This document shows positions 8,029 to 17,651 of a stretch of DNA of 19,628 bases, in pieces. The notes below the pieces were generated by a model. The model was not told the origin of the DNA and searched no databases. It saw only the letters and a program-made list of their open reading frames with translations. The stretch covers positions 1-19,628 of IMG/VR virus record IMGVR_UViG_2711768070_000008; one strand, 5' to 3'. A program made the translations under genes and the position numbers. The first letter of the stretch is position 1; every line of letters starts with the position of its first letter. Origin of the DNA: a virus. Taxonomy: Duplodnaviria; Heunggongvirae; Uroviricota; Caudoviricetes.

Positions 8029-8070
8029 TAGGCATAGCCTATTGACAAGTAATTAGGCATTTCCTATAGT
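8029..8070 (+). promoter_or_regulatory. Left operator/promoter (PL-equivalent): sigma70 promoter overlapped by operators
   Basis: TTGACA (8042-8047), 17-bp spacer, TATAGT (8065-8070); operators TAGGCATAGCCTA (8029-8041) and TAGGCATTTCCTA (8054-8066). Confidence 0.65.
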
Positions 8071-8251
8071 TTTCCCATACCAACCCATCCCGTCCCACAC
8101 AATACAGGGCAATACCTCGAGTTACCAGGCAGTGGTCAGGGGTTAAGTAGCCAGCCCGAGGCGTAAGAACATGACGGCAGGGTTCAACTTTAATAACTAT
8201 GCAGCAGGTTTTTGTTCCGCTACCCCGGCGTTAAGGGGAAATGAGGTCAGC

Positions 8252-8404
8252 ATGGATACTATCGATCTTGGCAACAGCGAATCTCTGGTATGTGGCGTGT
8301 TCCCCAACCAGGACGGTACGTTCACCGCGATGACGTATACCAAAAGCAAAACGTTTAAAACTGAAGCTGGCGCGCGTCGCTGGTTAACCAGAAACACTGA
8401 CTGA
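8252..8404 (+). CDS. DUF1391 small protein (YdfA/YdaF-like), 50 aa
   Basis: Internal ATG at 8252 with GAGG RBS; first gene after the PL-like promoter; family assignment from memory. Confidence 0.6.
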   Translation: MDTIDLGNSESLVCGVFPNQDGTFTAMTYTKSKTFKTEAGARRWLTRNTD

Positions 8405-8415
8405 TGAGGTTGACG

Positions 8416-8790
8416 ATGGAATTTAAAGATTTACCAGTACCATTCCAGGAAATGGCATCGAATGTGGTTCGCTCTCAACTGGCGACTCTTGACCTGAGTA
8501 CCGTAGAAAAAGAAACCATCGATACTATATCCGGTAACGTGCGTCGTGCCTTTATCGGTCTGTACGAAGAGAAGCAGCTCTCTGATAACCAGGATTTACA
8601 TGAAAAATACTTCATGGAATTAATGGACATCATTAATAAAGGATTTGGCTTGTTAATGAAAAAGAAAGGGATTCGAATAGCTCCCCTTGAAAATCATTTT
8701 ACAGCGAGCAGTATTAATTCCTGTGATTTAAAGCATCACACATCCGATGGGAAAGTTGAATCAAACAACAAAATATCAATTAATCATTAA
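8416..8790 (+). CDS. Hypothetical protein, 124 aa
   Basis: ATG 8416 with GAGG RBS (start 8404 also possible); in the position of ydfB/ydfC upstream of dicF. Confidence 0.55.
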   Translation: MEFKDLPVPFQEMASNVVRSQLATLDLSTVEKETIDTISGNVRRAFIGLYEEKQLSDNQDLHEKYFMELMDIINKGFGLLMKKKGIRIAPLENHFTASSINSCDLKHHTSDGKVESNNKISINH

Positions 8791-9094
8791 TTTATTCACA
8801 GGTGAGGTAGAGTGCGTGCGCCGGACACGGATAAGAATCCGGCACTGACAGTTTACTGAAAAGGATATATCCCTGAAAAGTCAGGGCATAACACGAAAGC
8901 GCCCGGCGAAGTTAGTCTCTCTGTATAGGTCGTCGTTAAATTTAATTCGATCGTGCGCTTCCGGTTGTGGCAATCCGCGAAATGGCGCGGCGGTAAGTAT
9001 GGCGGGGTTATTCCTTCCCCGTTGAGGACACCGGGTTGTCAGGTTGACCATACGCTTAAGTGACAACCCCGCTGCAACGCCCTCTGTTATCAAT

Positions 9095-9147
9095 TTTCTG
9101 GTGACGTTTGGCGGTATCAGTTTTACTCCGTGACTGCTCTGCCGCCC
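9095..9147 (+). ncRNA. dicF: DicF small RNA (ftsZ-targeting), 53 nt, with terminator U-tail to 9152
   Basis: Sequence TTTCTGGTGACGTTTGGCGGTATCAGTTTTACTCCGTGACTGCTCTGCCGCCC matches the DicF sequence as recalled; GGCGG...GCCGCC stem then TTTTT; directly upstream of dicB. Confidence 0.7.
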
Positions 9148-9321
9148 TTTTTAAAGTGAATTTTGTGATGCGGTGAATGCGGCTGAGCGCACGCGGAACA
9201 GTTAAAACCAAAAACAGTGTTATGGGTGGATTCTCTGTATCCGGCGTTAATTGTTAACTGGTTAACGTCACCTGGAGGCACCAGGCACCGCATCACAAAA
9301 TTCATTGTTGAGGACGCGATA

Positions 9322-9510
9322 ATGGAAACGTTATTACCAAACGTTAATACGTCTGAAGGTTGTTTTGAAATTGGTGTCACTATCAGTAACCCTGTATTTA
9401 CTGAAGATGCCATTAACAAGAGAAAACACGAACGGGAGCTATTAAATAAAATATGCATTCTTTCAATGCTGGCCCGTTTACGTCCGATACAAAAAGGATG
9501 CTGGCAATGA
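9322..9510 (+). CDS. dicB: Cell division inhibitor DicB, 62 aa
   Basis: METLLPNVNTSEGCFEIGVTISNPVFTEDAINKRK... recognised as DicB; GAGGA RBS; track ORF 9217..9510 is an N-terminal over-extension. Confidence 0.8.
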   Translation: METLLPNVNTSEGCFEIGVTISNPVFTEDAINKRKHERELLNKICILSMLARLRPIQKGCWQ

Positions 9511-9698
9511 ATACAGCATTTGCACTTGTTCTGACAGTTTTTCTTGTTTCCGGAGAGCCAGTTGATATTGCAGTCAGCGTTCACAGGACAATGCAGGAGT
9601 GTGTGACTGCAGCAACCGAACAGAAAATTCCCGGTAACTGTTACCCGGTCGATAAAGTTATTCACCAGGATAATATCGAAATCCCGGCAGGTCTTTAA
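9507..9698 (+). CDS. ydfD: YdfD-like small protein with hydrophobic N-terminal segment, 63 aa
   Basis: ATGA overlap with the dicB stop; AAGGA RBS; N-terminus MNTAFALVLTVFLVSG. Confidence 0.6.
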   Translation: MNTAFALVLTVFLVSGEPVDIAVSVHRTMQECVTAATEQKIPGNCYPVDKVIHQDNIEIPAGL

Positions 9699-9790
9699 AA
9701 CAGTTCCGTAATAAACATCCGATTTCATTCTTATATGCCAGCAATGGCAGGGATTTGTTCACCCTTAAATCTGTAATGAGGTAAAACAAA

Positions 9791-12262
9791 ATGAGTAAAG
9801 TCTTTATTTGCGCCGCCATTCCGGACGAACAGGCAATAAAGGAAGAAGGTGCAGTCGCTGTAGCCACTGCCATTGAAGCTGGCGACGAACGCCGTGCTCG
9901 AGCAAAATTTCACTGGCAGTTCCTGGAACATTATCCGGCTGCTCAGGACTGCGCTTATAAATTTATTGTCTGCGAGGATAAACCTGGCATACCCCGCCCT
10001 GCCCTCGATTCATGGGATGCTGAATATATGCAGGAAAACCGCTGGGATGAGGAGTCTGCTTCTTTTGTCCCGGTTGAGACTGAATCCGATCCGATGAACG
10101 TCACTTTTGACAAGCTGGCCCCTGAAGTACAGAACGCTGTCATGGTTAAGTTCGACACATGTGAAAACATCACCGTTGATATGGTGATTAGCGCACAGGA
10201 ATTGTTGCAGGAAGACATGGCAACATTCGACGGACATATCGTTGAAGCGTTGATGAAAATGCCAGAAGTTAACGCCATGTATCCGGAGCTTAAGCTGCAT
10301 GCCATCGGGTGGGTTAAGCATAAATGTAAGCCTGGTGCCAAATGGCCCGAAATTCAGGCAGAGATGCGCATCTGGAAAAAACGTCGCGAAGGTGAACGCA
10401 AGGAAACCGGAAAATACACGTCTGTTGTTGATCTCGCCCGCGCCAGAGTCAATCAACAGCACACTGAAAATTCAACAGGAAAAATCAGCCTGGTCATTGC
10501 TGCCATTCATCGCGAATACAAGCAGACATGGAAAACACTGGATGACGAACTGGCCTACGCTCTCTGGCCTGGTGATGTGGATGCCGGAAACATTGACGGC
10601 AGCATCCATCGCTGGGCAAAAAATGAAGTTATCGACAACGACCGCGAAGACTGGAAGCGTATCTCGGCATCAATGCGCAAACAGCCTGATGCCCTTCGCT
10701 ACGACCGCCAGACTATTTTTGGCCTTGTCCGTGAACGTCCGATCGACATTCACAAAGACCCTGTGGCACTGAACAAATACATTACTGAATACCTGACTAC
10801 AAAGGGCGTGTTTGAAGATGAAGGAACAAATCAGAGCGCAACTGATACTCTCTCGTCGTCAGTACCAGAAACTGATGCAGTGGAAACGGCAATTCCGGAC
10901 AACGAAAAAACCGAATGCAAAGTGGAAGTCGAACCATCTGTAGAGCGTGAGGGGCCGTTCTACTTCCTCTTCACCGACAAGGATGGCGAAAAATACGGTC
11001 GCGCAAACAAACTTTCTGGTCTGGATAAGGCACTGGCTGCCGGGGCTACTGAAATCACGAAAGAAGAATATTTCGCCCGCAAAAACAGTACATACTCAGG
11101 TTCACAACAAAATACTGGTGCATCTGACACGACCGCACAACCAGAGCCGGTAAAAGTTACCGCTGACGAAGTAAACAAAATTATGCAGGCAGCCAATATC
11201 AGCCAGCCTGACGCCGATAAGTTGCTTGCTGCCTCTCGCGGAGAATTTGTTGCAGGGATTAGCGACCCGAATGATCCGAAATGGGTTAAGGGGATCCAGA
11301 CCCGCGATTCTGTAAACCAGAACCAGCATGAATCGGAACGGAACTACCAAAAAGCGGAACAAAACAGCCCAAATGCGTTACAAAACGAGCCAGAAACGAA
11401 ACAGCCTGAACCAGTGGCGCAACAGGAAGTGGAAAAAGTCTGCACCGCCTGCGGTCAGACCGGCGGCGGCAACTGCCCTGATTGTGGCGCAGTGATGGGC
11501 GACGCAACATACCAGGAAACATTCGATGAAGAGTATCAGGTTGAAGTTCAGGAAGATGATCCGGAGAAAATGGAAGGCGCTGAACATCCACACAAGGAGA
11601 ACACTGGCGGCAATCAGCATCACGATAGCGATAATGAAACTGGCGAGACGGCAGATCACTCAATTAAGGTGAACGGTCATCAAGAAATCACATCCACCAG
11701 CAGGACGTGTGACCATCTAATGATCGACCTTGAAACCATGGGAAAAAATCCTGATGCCCCGATCATCTCAATAGGTGCAATATTTTTCGATCCGCAAACC
11801 GGAGATATGGGACCGGAATTTAGTAAGACTATCGATCTGGAAACTGCTGGCGGAGTCATTGATCGGGACACCATTAAATGGTGGCTTAAGCAATCACGCG
11901 AAGCGCAATCTGCCATTATGACCGATGAAATCCCGTTAGATGATGCACTGTTACAATTGCGGGAATTTATCGACGAAAACTCCGGTGAATTTTTTGTTCA
12001 GGTCTGGGGAAATGGAGCCAACTTCGACAACACGATTTTGCGCCGTTCATACGAACGGCAGGGGATCCCCTGCCCGTGGCGTTACTACAACGATCGCGAT
12101 GTACGCACAATCGTTGAGCTGGGGAAAGCCATAGACTTCGATGCCAGAACGGCTATTCCATTCGAAGGTGAGCGCCATAATGCACTTGATGACGCCCGTT
12201 ACCAGGCAAAATACGTTTCAGTTATCTGGCAAAAACTGATCCCGAGTCAGGCTGATTTTTAA
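9791..12262 (+). CDS. Large prophage exonuclease, 823 aa: RecE-like central segment, CxxC-x8-CxxC zinc ribbon, C-terminal DnaQ-like DEDDh 3'-5' exonuclease domain
   Basis: GAGGT RBS; segment [31 protein letters not shown] recalled from Rac RecE; C-terminal motifs [16 protein letters not shown] and HNALDDA; [16 protein letters not shown]. Confidence 0.8.
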   Translation: MSKVFICAAIPDEQAIKEEGAVAVATAIEAGDERRARAKFHWQFLEHYPAAQDCAYKFIVCEDKPGIPRPALDSWDAEYMQENRWDEESASFVPVETESDPMNVTFDKLAPEVQNAVMVKFDTCENITVDMVISAQELLQEDMATFDGHIVEALMKMPEVNAMYPELKLHAIGWVKHKCKPGAKWPEIQAEMRIWKKRREGERKETGKYTSVVDLARARVNQQHTENSTGKISLVIAAIHREYKQTWKTLDDELAYALWPGDVDAGNIDGSIHRWAKNEVIDNDREDWKRISASMRKQPDALRYDRQTIFGLVRERPIDIHKDPVALNKYITEYLTTKGVFEDEGTNQSATDTLSSSVPETDAVETAIPDNEKTECKVEVEPSVEREGPFYFLFTDKDGEKYGRANKLSGLDKALAAGATEITKEEYFARKNSTYSGSQQNTGASDTTAQPEPVKVTADEVNKIMQAANISQPDADKLLAASRGEFVAGISDPNDPKWVKGIQTRDSVNQNQHESERNYQKAEQNSPNALQNEPETKQPEPVAQQEVEKVCTACGQTGGGNCPDCGAVMGDATYQETFDEEYQVEVQEDDPEKMEGAEHPHKENTGGNQHHDSDNETGETADHSIKVNGHQEITSTSRTCDHLMIDLETMGKNPDAPIISIGAIFFDPQTGDMGPEFSKTIDLETAGGVIDRDTIKWWLKQSREAQSAIMTDEIPLDDALLQLREFIDENSGEFFVQVWGNGANFDNTILRRSYERQGIPCPWRYYNDRDVRTIVELGKAIDFDARTAIPFEGERHNALDDARYQAKYVSVIWQKLIPSQADF

Positions 12263-12320
12263 TGTTCAACCCTAATTGCCGCTAACCGTATATAGTTAGC
12301 GGCGGTTATGAGATATAGCT

Positions 12321-12524
12321 ATGAGCAACTTATTTTTAACCGAAGATGAATTGCTAATATTAACGGGCTGCAAATATGCAAGCCACCAGCGAAAATGGTT
12401 AACGGAAAACGGGCTTCCGTTCTATACCAATCGTAGTGGCAAACCGATTGTCAGCCGGGATCTATTTACCTGCAATAAAACTTTACCACCACGCGAGGTA
12501 GAGCCGAATTTTGGTGCAATCTAA
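12321..12524 (+). CDS. xis: Excisionase-like protein (Xis)
   Basis: 67 aa, immediately upstream of int with a 1-nt overlap; resembles small phage excisionases. Confidence 0.6.
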   Translation: MSNLFLTEDELLILTGCKYASHQRKWLTENGLPFYTNRSGKPIVSRDLFTCNKTLPPREVEPNFGAI

Positions 12525-13549
12525 TGGGAAGACGAAGGAAAAATCCTGAACACGAAAAACTACCTCCAAATGTATACCCAAATAAATATAGTTATGTATG
12601 GAAACCAACATCCAGAGAATCTGTCACACTAACCGCCATCAAGGATGGTTTAGCTGCTTTATGGAAAAAGTATGAGGAAACTGTAAATAATCGCGATCGT
12701 GCAATGACATTCGGTCGCTTGTGGGAAAAATTCCTCGCCAGCGCCTATTACAGTGACCTCAGTCCAAGAACACAAAAAGATTATCTGCAACATCAAAAAA
12801 AGTTGCTTGCCGTATTCGGTAAGGTGCCGGCAGATTCCATAAAACCAGAACACATCCGTCGATACATGGACAAGAGAGGGGAACAGAGTAAAACGCAAGC
12901 CAACCATGAAAAAAGCAGTATGTCCCGCGTTTACAGTTGGGGGTATGAGCGAGGGTACGTGAAGGCTAACCCATGTGCAGGTGTAAGTAAATTCAAGGCC
13001 AAAAACCGCGAACGATATGTAACCGACAAAGAATACCAGGCAGTATTAAGCGTTGCACCTCTTCCTGTTTTTATCGCAATGGAAATTGCCTATCTGTGTG
13101 CAGCGAGGGTTTCCGATGTGTTATCGCTGAAATGGGAGCAGATTGGAAACGACGGAATCTTTATCCAGCAAGGGAAAACAGGAAAAAAACAGATAAAAGC
13201 ATGGAGTCCACGATTACAGGCGGCGATCGAAAAAGCAAAACAGTTACCAACATCCGCCTATGTAATCAGTAATCAATACGGCAACCGATATATGTACAAA
13301 GGCTTTAACGAAATGTGGGTAGAAGCAAGAAATCGCGCAGGCAAAATTTCAGGTATTTTAACCGACTTCACCTTTCATGATCTGAAGGCGAAAGGAATTT
13401 CAGACTATGAAGGAAGCAGTCGGGATAAGCAACTTTTCTCTGGTCACAAAACCGAGGGGCAAGTGCTAATCTATGACAGGAAGGTTAAAGTTTCACCGAC
13501 ACTTGATGTCCCGTTACCTGAAAATATTCCAAGAAAATATTCCAAGTAA
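12524..13549 (+). CDS. int: Lambda-family tyrosine integrase
   Basis: 341 aa; C-terminal catalytic region with R...HDLKAKG...Y (LIYDRK); ends 52 bp from the tRNA-Ser 3' end. Confidence 0.9.
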   Translation: MGRRRKNPEHEKLPPNVYPNKYSYVWKPTSRESVTLTAIKDGLAALWKKYEETVNNRDRAMTFGRLWEKFLASAYYSDLSPRTQKDYLQHQKKLLAVFGKVPADSIKPEHIRRYMDKRGEQSKTQANHEKSSMSRVYSWGYERGYVKANPCAGVSKFKAKNRERYVTDKEYQAVLSVAPLPVFIAMEIAYLCAARVSDVLSLKWEQIGNDGIFIQQGKTGKKQIKAWSPRLQAAIEKAKQLPTSAYVISNQYGNRYMYKGFNEMWVEARNRAGKISGILTDFTFHDLKAKGISDYEGSSRDKQLFSGHKTEGQVLIYDRKVKVSPTLDVPLPENIPRKYSK

Positions 13550-13601
13550 TTCCAAGTGTGATTTTTGTCACTGACTTAATGATGTATAAGTGATTGAATT
13601 T

Positions 13602-13691
13602 TGGCGGAGAGAGGGGGATTTGAACCCCCGGTGGAGTTGCCCCCACTCCGGTTTTCGAGACCGGTCCGTTCAGCCGCTCCGGCATCTCTCC
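13602..13691 (-). tRNA. serU: tRNA-Ser (anticodon CGA)
   Basis: 90 nt; GGAGAGA acceptor stem, long variable arm, GGTTCAAATCC T-loop, CCA end; anticodon loop CU-CGA-AA. Confidence 0.9.
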
Positions 13692-13784
13692 GTTCAGATG
13701 GTTGCCATGATGCCAGGAAATTTGGCATTTTAACAGTCCCTGTCCGTGCAATTTTGTTCAAGTGACGAGTTTGCGAGCAAAACG

Positions 13785-14582
13785 ATGATTAAGTGGCCCT
13801 GGAAAGTACAAGAATCAGCACATCAAACTGCCCTTCCCTGGCAGGAAGCACTATCGATCCCCCTTTTAACGGGTCTGACGGAACAGGAACAAAGCAAATT
13901 AGTCACTCTTGCCGAACGTTTTTTACAGCAAAAGCGGCTTGTTCCTTTACAGGGCTTTGAACTGGATTCATTAAGAAGCTGCCGGATAGCACTTCTATTT
14001 TGCCTACCCGTTCTGGAGTTAGGACTGGAATGGCTGGATGGTTTTCATGAAGTCTTAATTTATCCTGCGCCATTTGTGGTCGATGATGAATGGGAAGACG
14101 ATATCGGTCTGGTGCATAACCAACGTATTGTTCAGTCAGGTCAGAGCTGGCAGCAAGGGCCTATCGTTTTGAACTGGTTGGATATACAAGATTCTTTTGA
14201 TGCATCTGGTTTTAACCTGATTATTCATGAAGTCGCTCATAAGCTGGACACCCGTAACGGCGATCGCGCCAGCGGAGTTCCCTTTATTTCGTTGCGTGAG
14301 GTTGCTGGCTGGGAACACGATCTTCATGCTGCAATGAACAACATTCAGGAAGAAATCGAATTAGTTGGTGAGAATGCGGCGAGCATTGATGCTTATGCTG
14401 CCAGTGATCCTGCTGAATGTTTTGCCGTACTTTCTGAATATTTCTTTAGCGCCCCAGAACTTTTTGCTCCTCGTTTCCCTTCATTGTGGCAACATTTCTG
14501 TCAATTTTATCAACAAGATCCTTTGCAGAGACTGCATCACGCTAATGATACAGACTCGTTTTCGGCGACGAATGTTCATTAA
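13785..14582 (+). CDS. mtfA: MtfA (Mlc titration factor A) zinc-dependent peptidase
   Basis: Recognised sequence beginning [10 protein letters not shown]; HEVAHK zinc-binding motif; track ORF 13746 start is an over-extension. Confidence 0.9.
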   Translation: MIKWPWKVQESAHQTALPWQEALSIPLLTGLTEQEQSKLVTLAERFLQQKRLVPLQGFELDSLRSCRIALLFCLPVLELGLEWLDGFHEVLIYPAPFVVDDEWEDDIGLVHNQRIVQSGQSWQQGPIVLNWLDIQDSFDASGFNLIIHEVAHKLDTRNGDRASGVPFISLREVAGWEHDLHAAMNNIQEEIELVGENAASIDAYAASDPAECFAVLSEYFFSAPELFAPRFPSLWQHFCQFYQQDPLQRLHHANDTDSFSATNVH

Positions 14583-14635
14583 TTAACAACTTTGCAGATT
14601 AATTAACCAATTGAAATGGCTTATGAAATTTAGTG

Positions 14636-14664
14636 TTGACAGACAAGGTACCGCTAAGTAATAT
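14636..14664 (+). promoter_or_regulatory. tRNA-Asn promoter
   Basis: TTGACA (14636-14641), 17-bp spacer, TAATAT (14659-14664), GC-rich discriminator GCGCTCC, AT-rich upstream region. Confidence 0.6.
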
Positions 14665-14682
14665 GCGCTCCGTTCACACGAT

Positions 14683-14758
14683 TCCTCTGTAGTTCAGTCG
14701 GTAGAACGGCGGACTGTTAATCCGTATGTCACTGGTTCGAGTCCAGTCAGAGGAGCCA
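14683..14758 (+). tRNA. asnT: tRNA-Asn (anticodon GTT)
   Basis: 76 nt canonical E. coli tRNA-Asn sequence; the asnT name comes only from its position next to mtfA. Confidence 0.95.
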
Positions 14759-14765
14759 TTTTCAA

Positions 14766-14795
14766 GAAAGCAGACGTTCACTAACGTCTGCTTTC
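14766..14795 (+). terminator. Stem-loop downstream of tRNA-Asn
   Basis: GAAAGCAGACGTT-CACT-AACGTCTGCTTTC perfect 13-bp stem; following tract is only moderately T-rich. Confidence 0.55.
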
Positions 14796-14938
14796 TGCAT
14801 TTCTATCAATTGGTTATCCCCTCTCAGTCGTTCACCCTCGTTCACTAAAAACCACTCGAAGCCATATCATTTTGATGGTAAAAATGCTGGTAATGCTGGT
14901 TCGATTTCCCTTTTACCAACAAATGAGGGGGTGTTTTC

Positions 14939-16213
14939 ATGTCACTGACTGATATTAAAGCAAAAAATGCAAAACCCCTTGAGAAGGAATACAAGCTTAC
15001 TGATGGCTTTGGTATGTTCCTTCGTGTTACCCCTAAAGGTTCGAAATACTGGCAAATGGCTTACCGCTTCGAAGGGAAACAAAAACTCTTCTCTATTGGT
15101 GTTTACCCTGCAGTTTCTCTTTCTGACGCAAGACAACGCCGTGACGAGGCCAGAAGGCTTCTGGCTCAGGGTATTGACCCTAATGCAAAGAAACAGGCAG
15201 AGGTTAAAGAGCTTAAAGCCAAACGTGATAATACACGCTCCTTCAGAACAGTAGCCAAAGCGTGGTTCTCCACGAAAACAAAATGGTCTGATGATTATGG
15301 CGATGCCGTATGGAAGCGCCTTGAAACTTATGTCTTCCCGGTAATCGGTGACAAAGATGTTGCCGAACTGGATACGGGTGATCTGCTGGTTCCGGTGAAA
15401 AAAGTTGAGGCTCTTGGTTATCTTGAAGTTGCCATGCGCATTCAACAATACATTACGGCAATCCTGCGTCATGCCGTCCAGCAAAAGCTGATACGCCATA
15501 ACCCAGCCTATGATATGGAAGGTGCAGTTCAGAAACCACAAACTGAACACCGCCCTGCACTTGAGCTGGAAGAAATACCCCAGCTACTGAACAAAATTGC
15601 CGAATACAAAGGCCGCAGGTTAACCATACTGGCAATACAGCTCAATCTGATGATTTTCATTCGTTCCAGTGAGCTTCGTTTCGCTCGCTGGTCTGAAATT
15701 GATTTCAAAAGTAAGTTATGGGTGATACCCGAACAGCGTGAAGCAATTGAAAACGTCAAACATTCGACTCGTGGTGCCAAAATGAAGCGTAAGCACTTCG
15801 TTCCCCTTTGTAAGCAAGCTATGAGGATACTAAAAGAGATCCGACAACTGACTTATGAAGAAGGCCATGATGATGGATTAATCTTCACTGGCTGTTATGA
15901 CTCGTTTAAACCCATGAGTGAAAACACCATCAACAAAGCCCTGCGTAATATGGGATATAACACGAAGCAGGACATCTGTGGACACGGTTTCCGCACTCTG
16001 GCCTGTAGTGCCTTAATTGAGTCCGGGCTATGGTCAGAAGACGCTGTAGAGCTTCAAATGAGCCATAAGGAAAGCAACAGCGTCCGTGCTGCTTATACCC
16101 ACAAGGCTAAACACCTTGATCAACGCCGTCTGATGCTCCAATGGTGGGCTGACTACCTTGATGCAAGCAGAAACGGTATGGTAAGGCCGTTTGAGTTTGC
16201 TTCAAATAAATAA
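14939..16213 (+). CDS. int: P4-type tyrosine integrase
   Basis: 424 aa; N-terminus MSLTDIKAKNAKP...YKLTDGFGMFLRVTPKGSKYW typical of P4-like integrases; C-terminal HGFRTL...Y catalytic motifs; GAGGGGG RBS. Confidence 0.9.
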   Translation: MSLTDIKAKNAKPLEKEYKLTDGFGMFLRVTPKGSKYWQMAYRFEGKQKLFSIGVYPAVSLSDARQRRDEARRLLAQGIDPNAKKQAEVKELKAKRDNTRSFRTVAKAWFSTKTKWSDDYGDAVWKRLETYVFPVIGDKDVAELDTGDLLVPVKKVEALGYLEVAMRIQQYITAILRHAVQQKLIRHNPAYDMEGAVQKPQTEHRPALELEEIPQLLNKIAEYKGRRLTILAIQLNLMIFIRSSELRFARWSEIDFKSKLWVIPEQREAIENVKHSTRGAKMKRKHFVPLCKQAMRILKEIRQLTYEEGHDDGLIFTGCYDSFKPMSENTINKALRNMGYNTKQDICGHGFRTLACSALIESGLWSEDAVELQMSHKESNSVRAAYTHKAKHLDQRRLMLQWWADYLDASRNGMVRPFEFASNK

Positions 16214-16216
16214 AGG

Positions 16217-16238
16217 GAAAGGCCGTTCGCGGCCTTTC
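16217..16238. terminator. Hairpin between convergent int and orphan gene (possible bidirectional terminator)
   Basis: GAAAGGCCG-TTCG-CGGCCTTTC. Confidence 0.5.
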
Positions 16239-16259
16239 AACTTCATGCTTAATTACACT

Positions 16260-17651
16260 CTATGCTGAATATGATACTGAATCTTTCTCTATCACTAAAC
16301 CAGCGATTTTTTCCAGCATTATTTCCCAGAGTGCGTATTTTCTTTTGTGCTCAATAAACAGGGATTTTAAATACTCTTCTGTAGAAGGGATTTTTTCAGT
16401 CCATGTAATATCTTTACTGTAATCAATGCTTTTTTTCATATCAGATGCTGCATAGGTGTAGTATTTACTCTGAGAACGACTGATACTGTCCTCTGCCAGA
16501 ACTCTACGGAGCAGAGTTGCAGAACATGCATAACCATGCCTGTAAAGTTCACTCGATAAAGTACGAACAAAAGAACCGCGTAATAAAGACATCATCTCTG
16601 CGATTTCATTTTCACTCGCATTCATGACTTCAGAATCAAGTTTTCCATAACTATCCGTCCCGGACAAGAAAAGAATAACAAACGGAAAGCCTTTGTTCTT
16701 TGCTATGCCAGAGAACAAATCCAGTGAGTCATTATTTTTCTCTACCCGATTATAGATATTATAAAAAATAACATCACACCTGTTCTTAAATCCGTCTATA
16801 CAAATTGTTTTTGCCTGCTGAATCTCGCCTTCTTCAATCAACGCCAGAGCCAACACCTCAGTCCATTTATCACGAAGCCCTGCCTGATCAACTGATTTAT
16901 CTTCTTTGATTTTATTGAGAACCTGAATGGCTTCCTCAGTGCACAGTTCATCAACCAGCAACTCAGCAAACTTAATGATGTATTCTGGCTGGTTCAGTTT
17001 TCTTTTCTCAAAGCATTGCCTGATGAAATCAACATCCCTGATATACAGACTTAACTCAACAGCATAATTAACATTACCTGTCTTAAGAAGACTTTCCCTT
17101 AAAGCACGAATAACATTGTATCCAAGCTCTTTTTTATACTTATCAAAAATATCAAAGTTAAAATATACATCACCTTTAAGCACGGAAAGTATTTTATCCG
17201 CTATAACATCAATGCTTTTATCTTTTTGTAGGGACAGGGATTTTAACCATGTTTCGACAGCACCATTATAATAGTCCATCCATGATCCATCTGATGTATC
17301 AGCAATTTCGCTGATTTTATCAAATGAGAGCAGTAAATCATGGCAAAACGCCTCGGTTTTTTCAGGCAGCGTTGATACCGTCTTTTCAAGTGGAAATATG
17401 ACATTCCTGTATAGCCCCTCAAAAAAAACCGCTGCTTCATAATAATCATAAAAGCGTTTTGTTTTAATTACCCTTTTGTATTCAGCCTCAGCCTTTTTCA
17501 GTGATTCTTCTGGAGTTAACAGATATTTATTAATAATAAAGGATTTTGCCTGACCATTATTCTCTGCAATATCACAAATTATTTGCATGAGTTGATCGGC
17601 AGGCATTTCCTTGAGTAAAGCAAGTTGTTTCTTGTTCAGTTTAGCCATCAT
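16260..17651 (-). CDS. Orphan protein of unknown function (~463 aa; 484 aa from the farthest ATG), AT-rich, predicted largely helical
   Basis: Long ORF with no recognisable catalytic motifs; start placed at ATG 17651 or 17648 (AGGA upstream) rather than 17714 (no RBS); divergent from the mod gene. Confidence 0.7.
   Translation of the reverse strand: MMAKLNKKQLALLKEMPADQLMQIICDIAENNGQAKSFIINKYLLTPEESLKKAEAEYKRVIKTKRFYDYYEAAVFFEGLYRNVIFPLEKTVSTLPEKTEAFCHDLLLSFDKISEIADTSDGSWMDYYNGAVETWLKSLSLQKDKSIDVIADKILSVLKGDVYFNFDIFDKYKKELGYNVIRALRESLLKTGNVNYAVELSLYIRDVDFIRQCFEKRKLNQPEYIIKFAELLVDELCTEEAIQVLNKIKEDKSVDQAGLRDKWTEVLALALIEEGEIQQAKTICIDGFKNRCDVIFYNIYNRVEKNNDSLDLFSGIAKNKGFPFVILFLSGTDSYGKLDSEVMNASENEIAEMMSLLRGSFVRTLSSELYRHGYACSATLLRRVLAEDSISRSQSKYYTYAASDMKKSIDYSKDITWTEKIPSTEEYLKSLFIEHKRKYALWEIMLEKIAGLVIEKDSVSYSA

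Larger units (their letters stand above)
1..13601. mobile_element. Lambdoid prophage, early half (Q through int), integrated at the 3' end of tRNA-Ser(CGA); late region lies beyond the left window edge
   Basis: Lambda-like gene order: Q, rusA and nin-type genes, DnaC-like, O-like, cro-like, repressor, PL operon, xis, int; integrase stop 52 bp from the tRNA 3' end. Confidence 0.85.

Noticed and set aside
8871-8886. boxB-like hairpin (CCCTGA-AAAG-TCAGGG) as an N-utilisation site
   Set aside because: No N-like antiterminator gene or boxA is evident; more likely a processing or stability structure in the dicF precursor.
9123-9728. 201-aa Cys-rich minus-strand ORF
   Set aside because: Antisense to the dicF-dicB-ydfD operon, with no RBS and low-complexity composition; almost certainly spurious.
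9955-10462. Minus-strand ORFs of 128 and 150 aa inside the RecE-like gene
   Set aside because: Antisense to a well-supported 823-codon gene; no independent signals.
13485-13761. Minus-strand ORFs overlapping tRNA-Ser and the int 3' end
   Set aside because: They span the tRNA gene and intergenic region; the tRNA call is far stronger.
14942-15550. 202-aa minus-strand ORF overlapping the P4-type integrase
   Set aside because: Antisense to an integrase with clear catalytic motifs.
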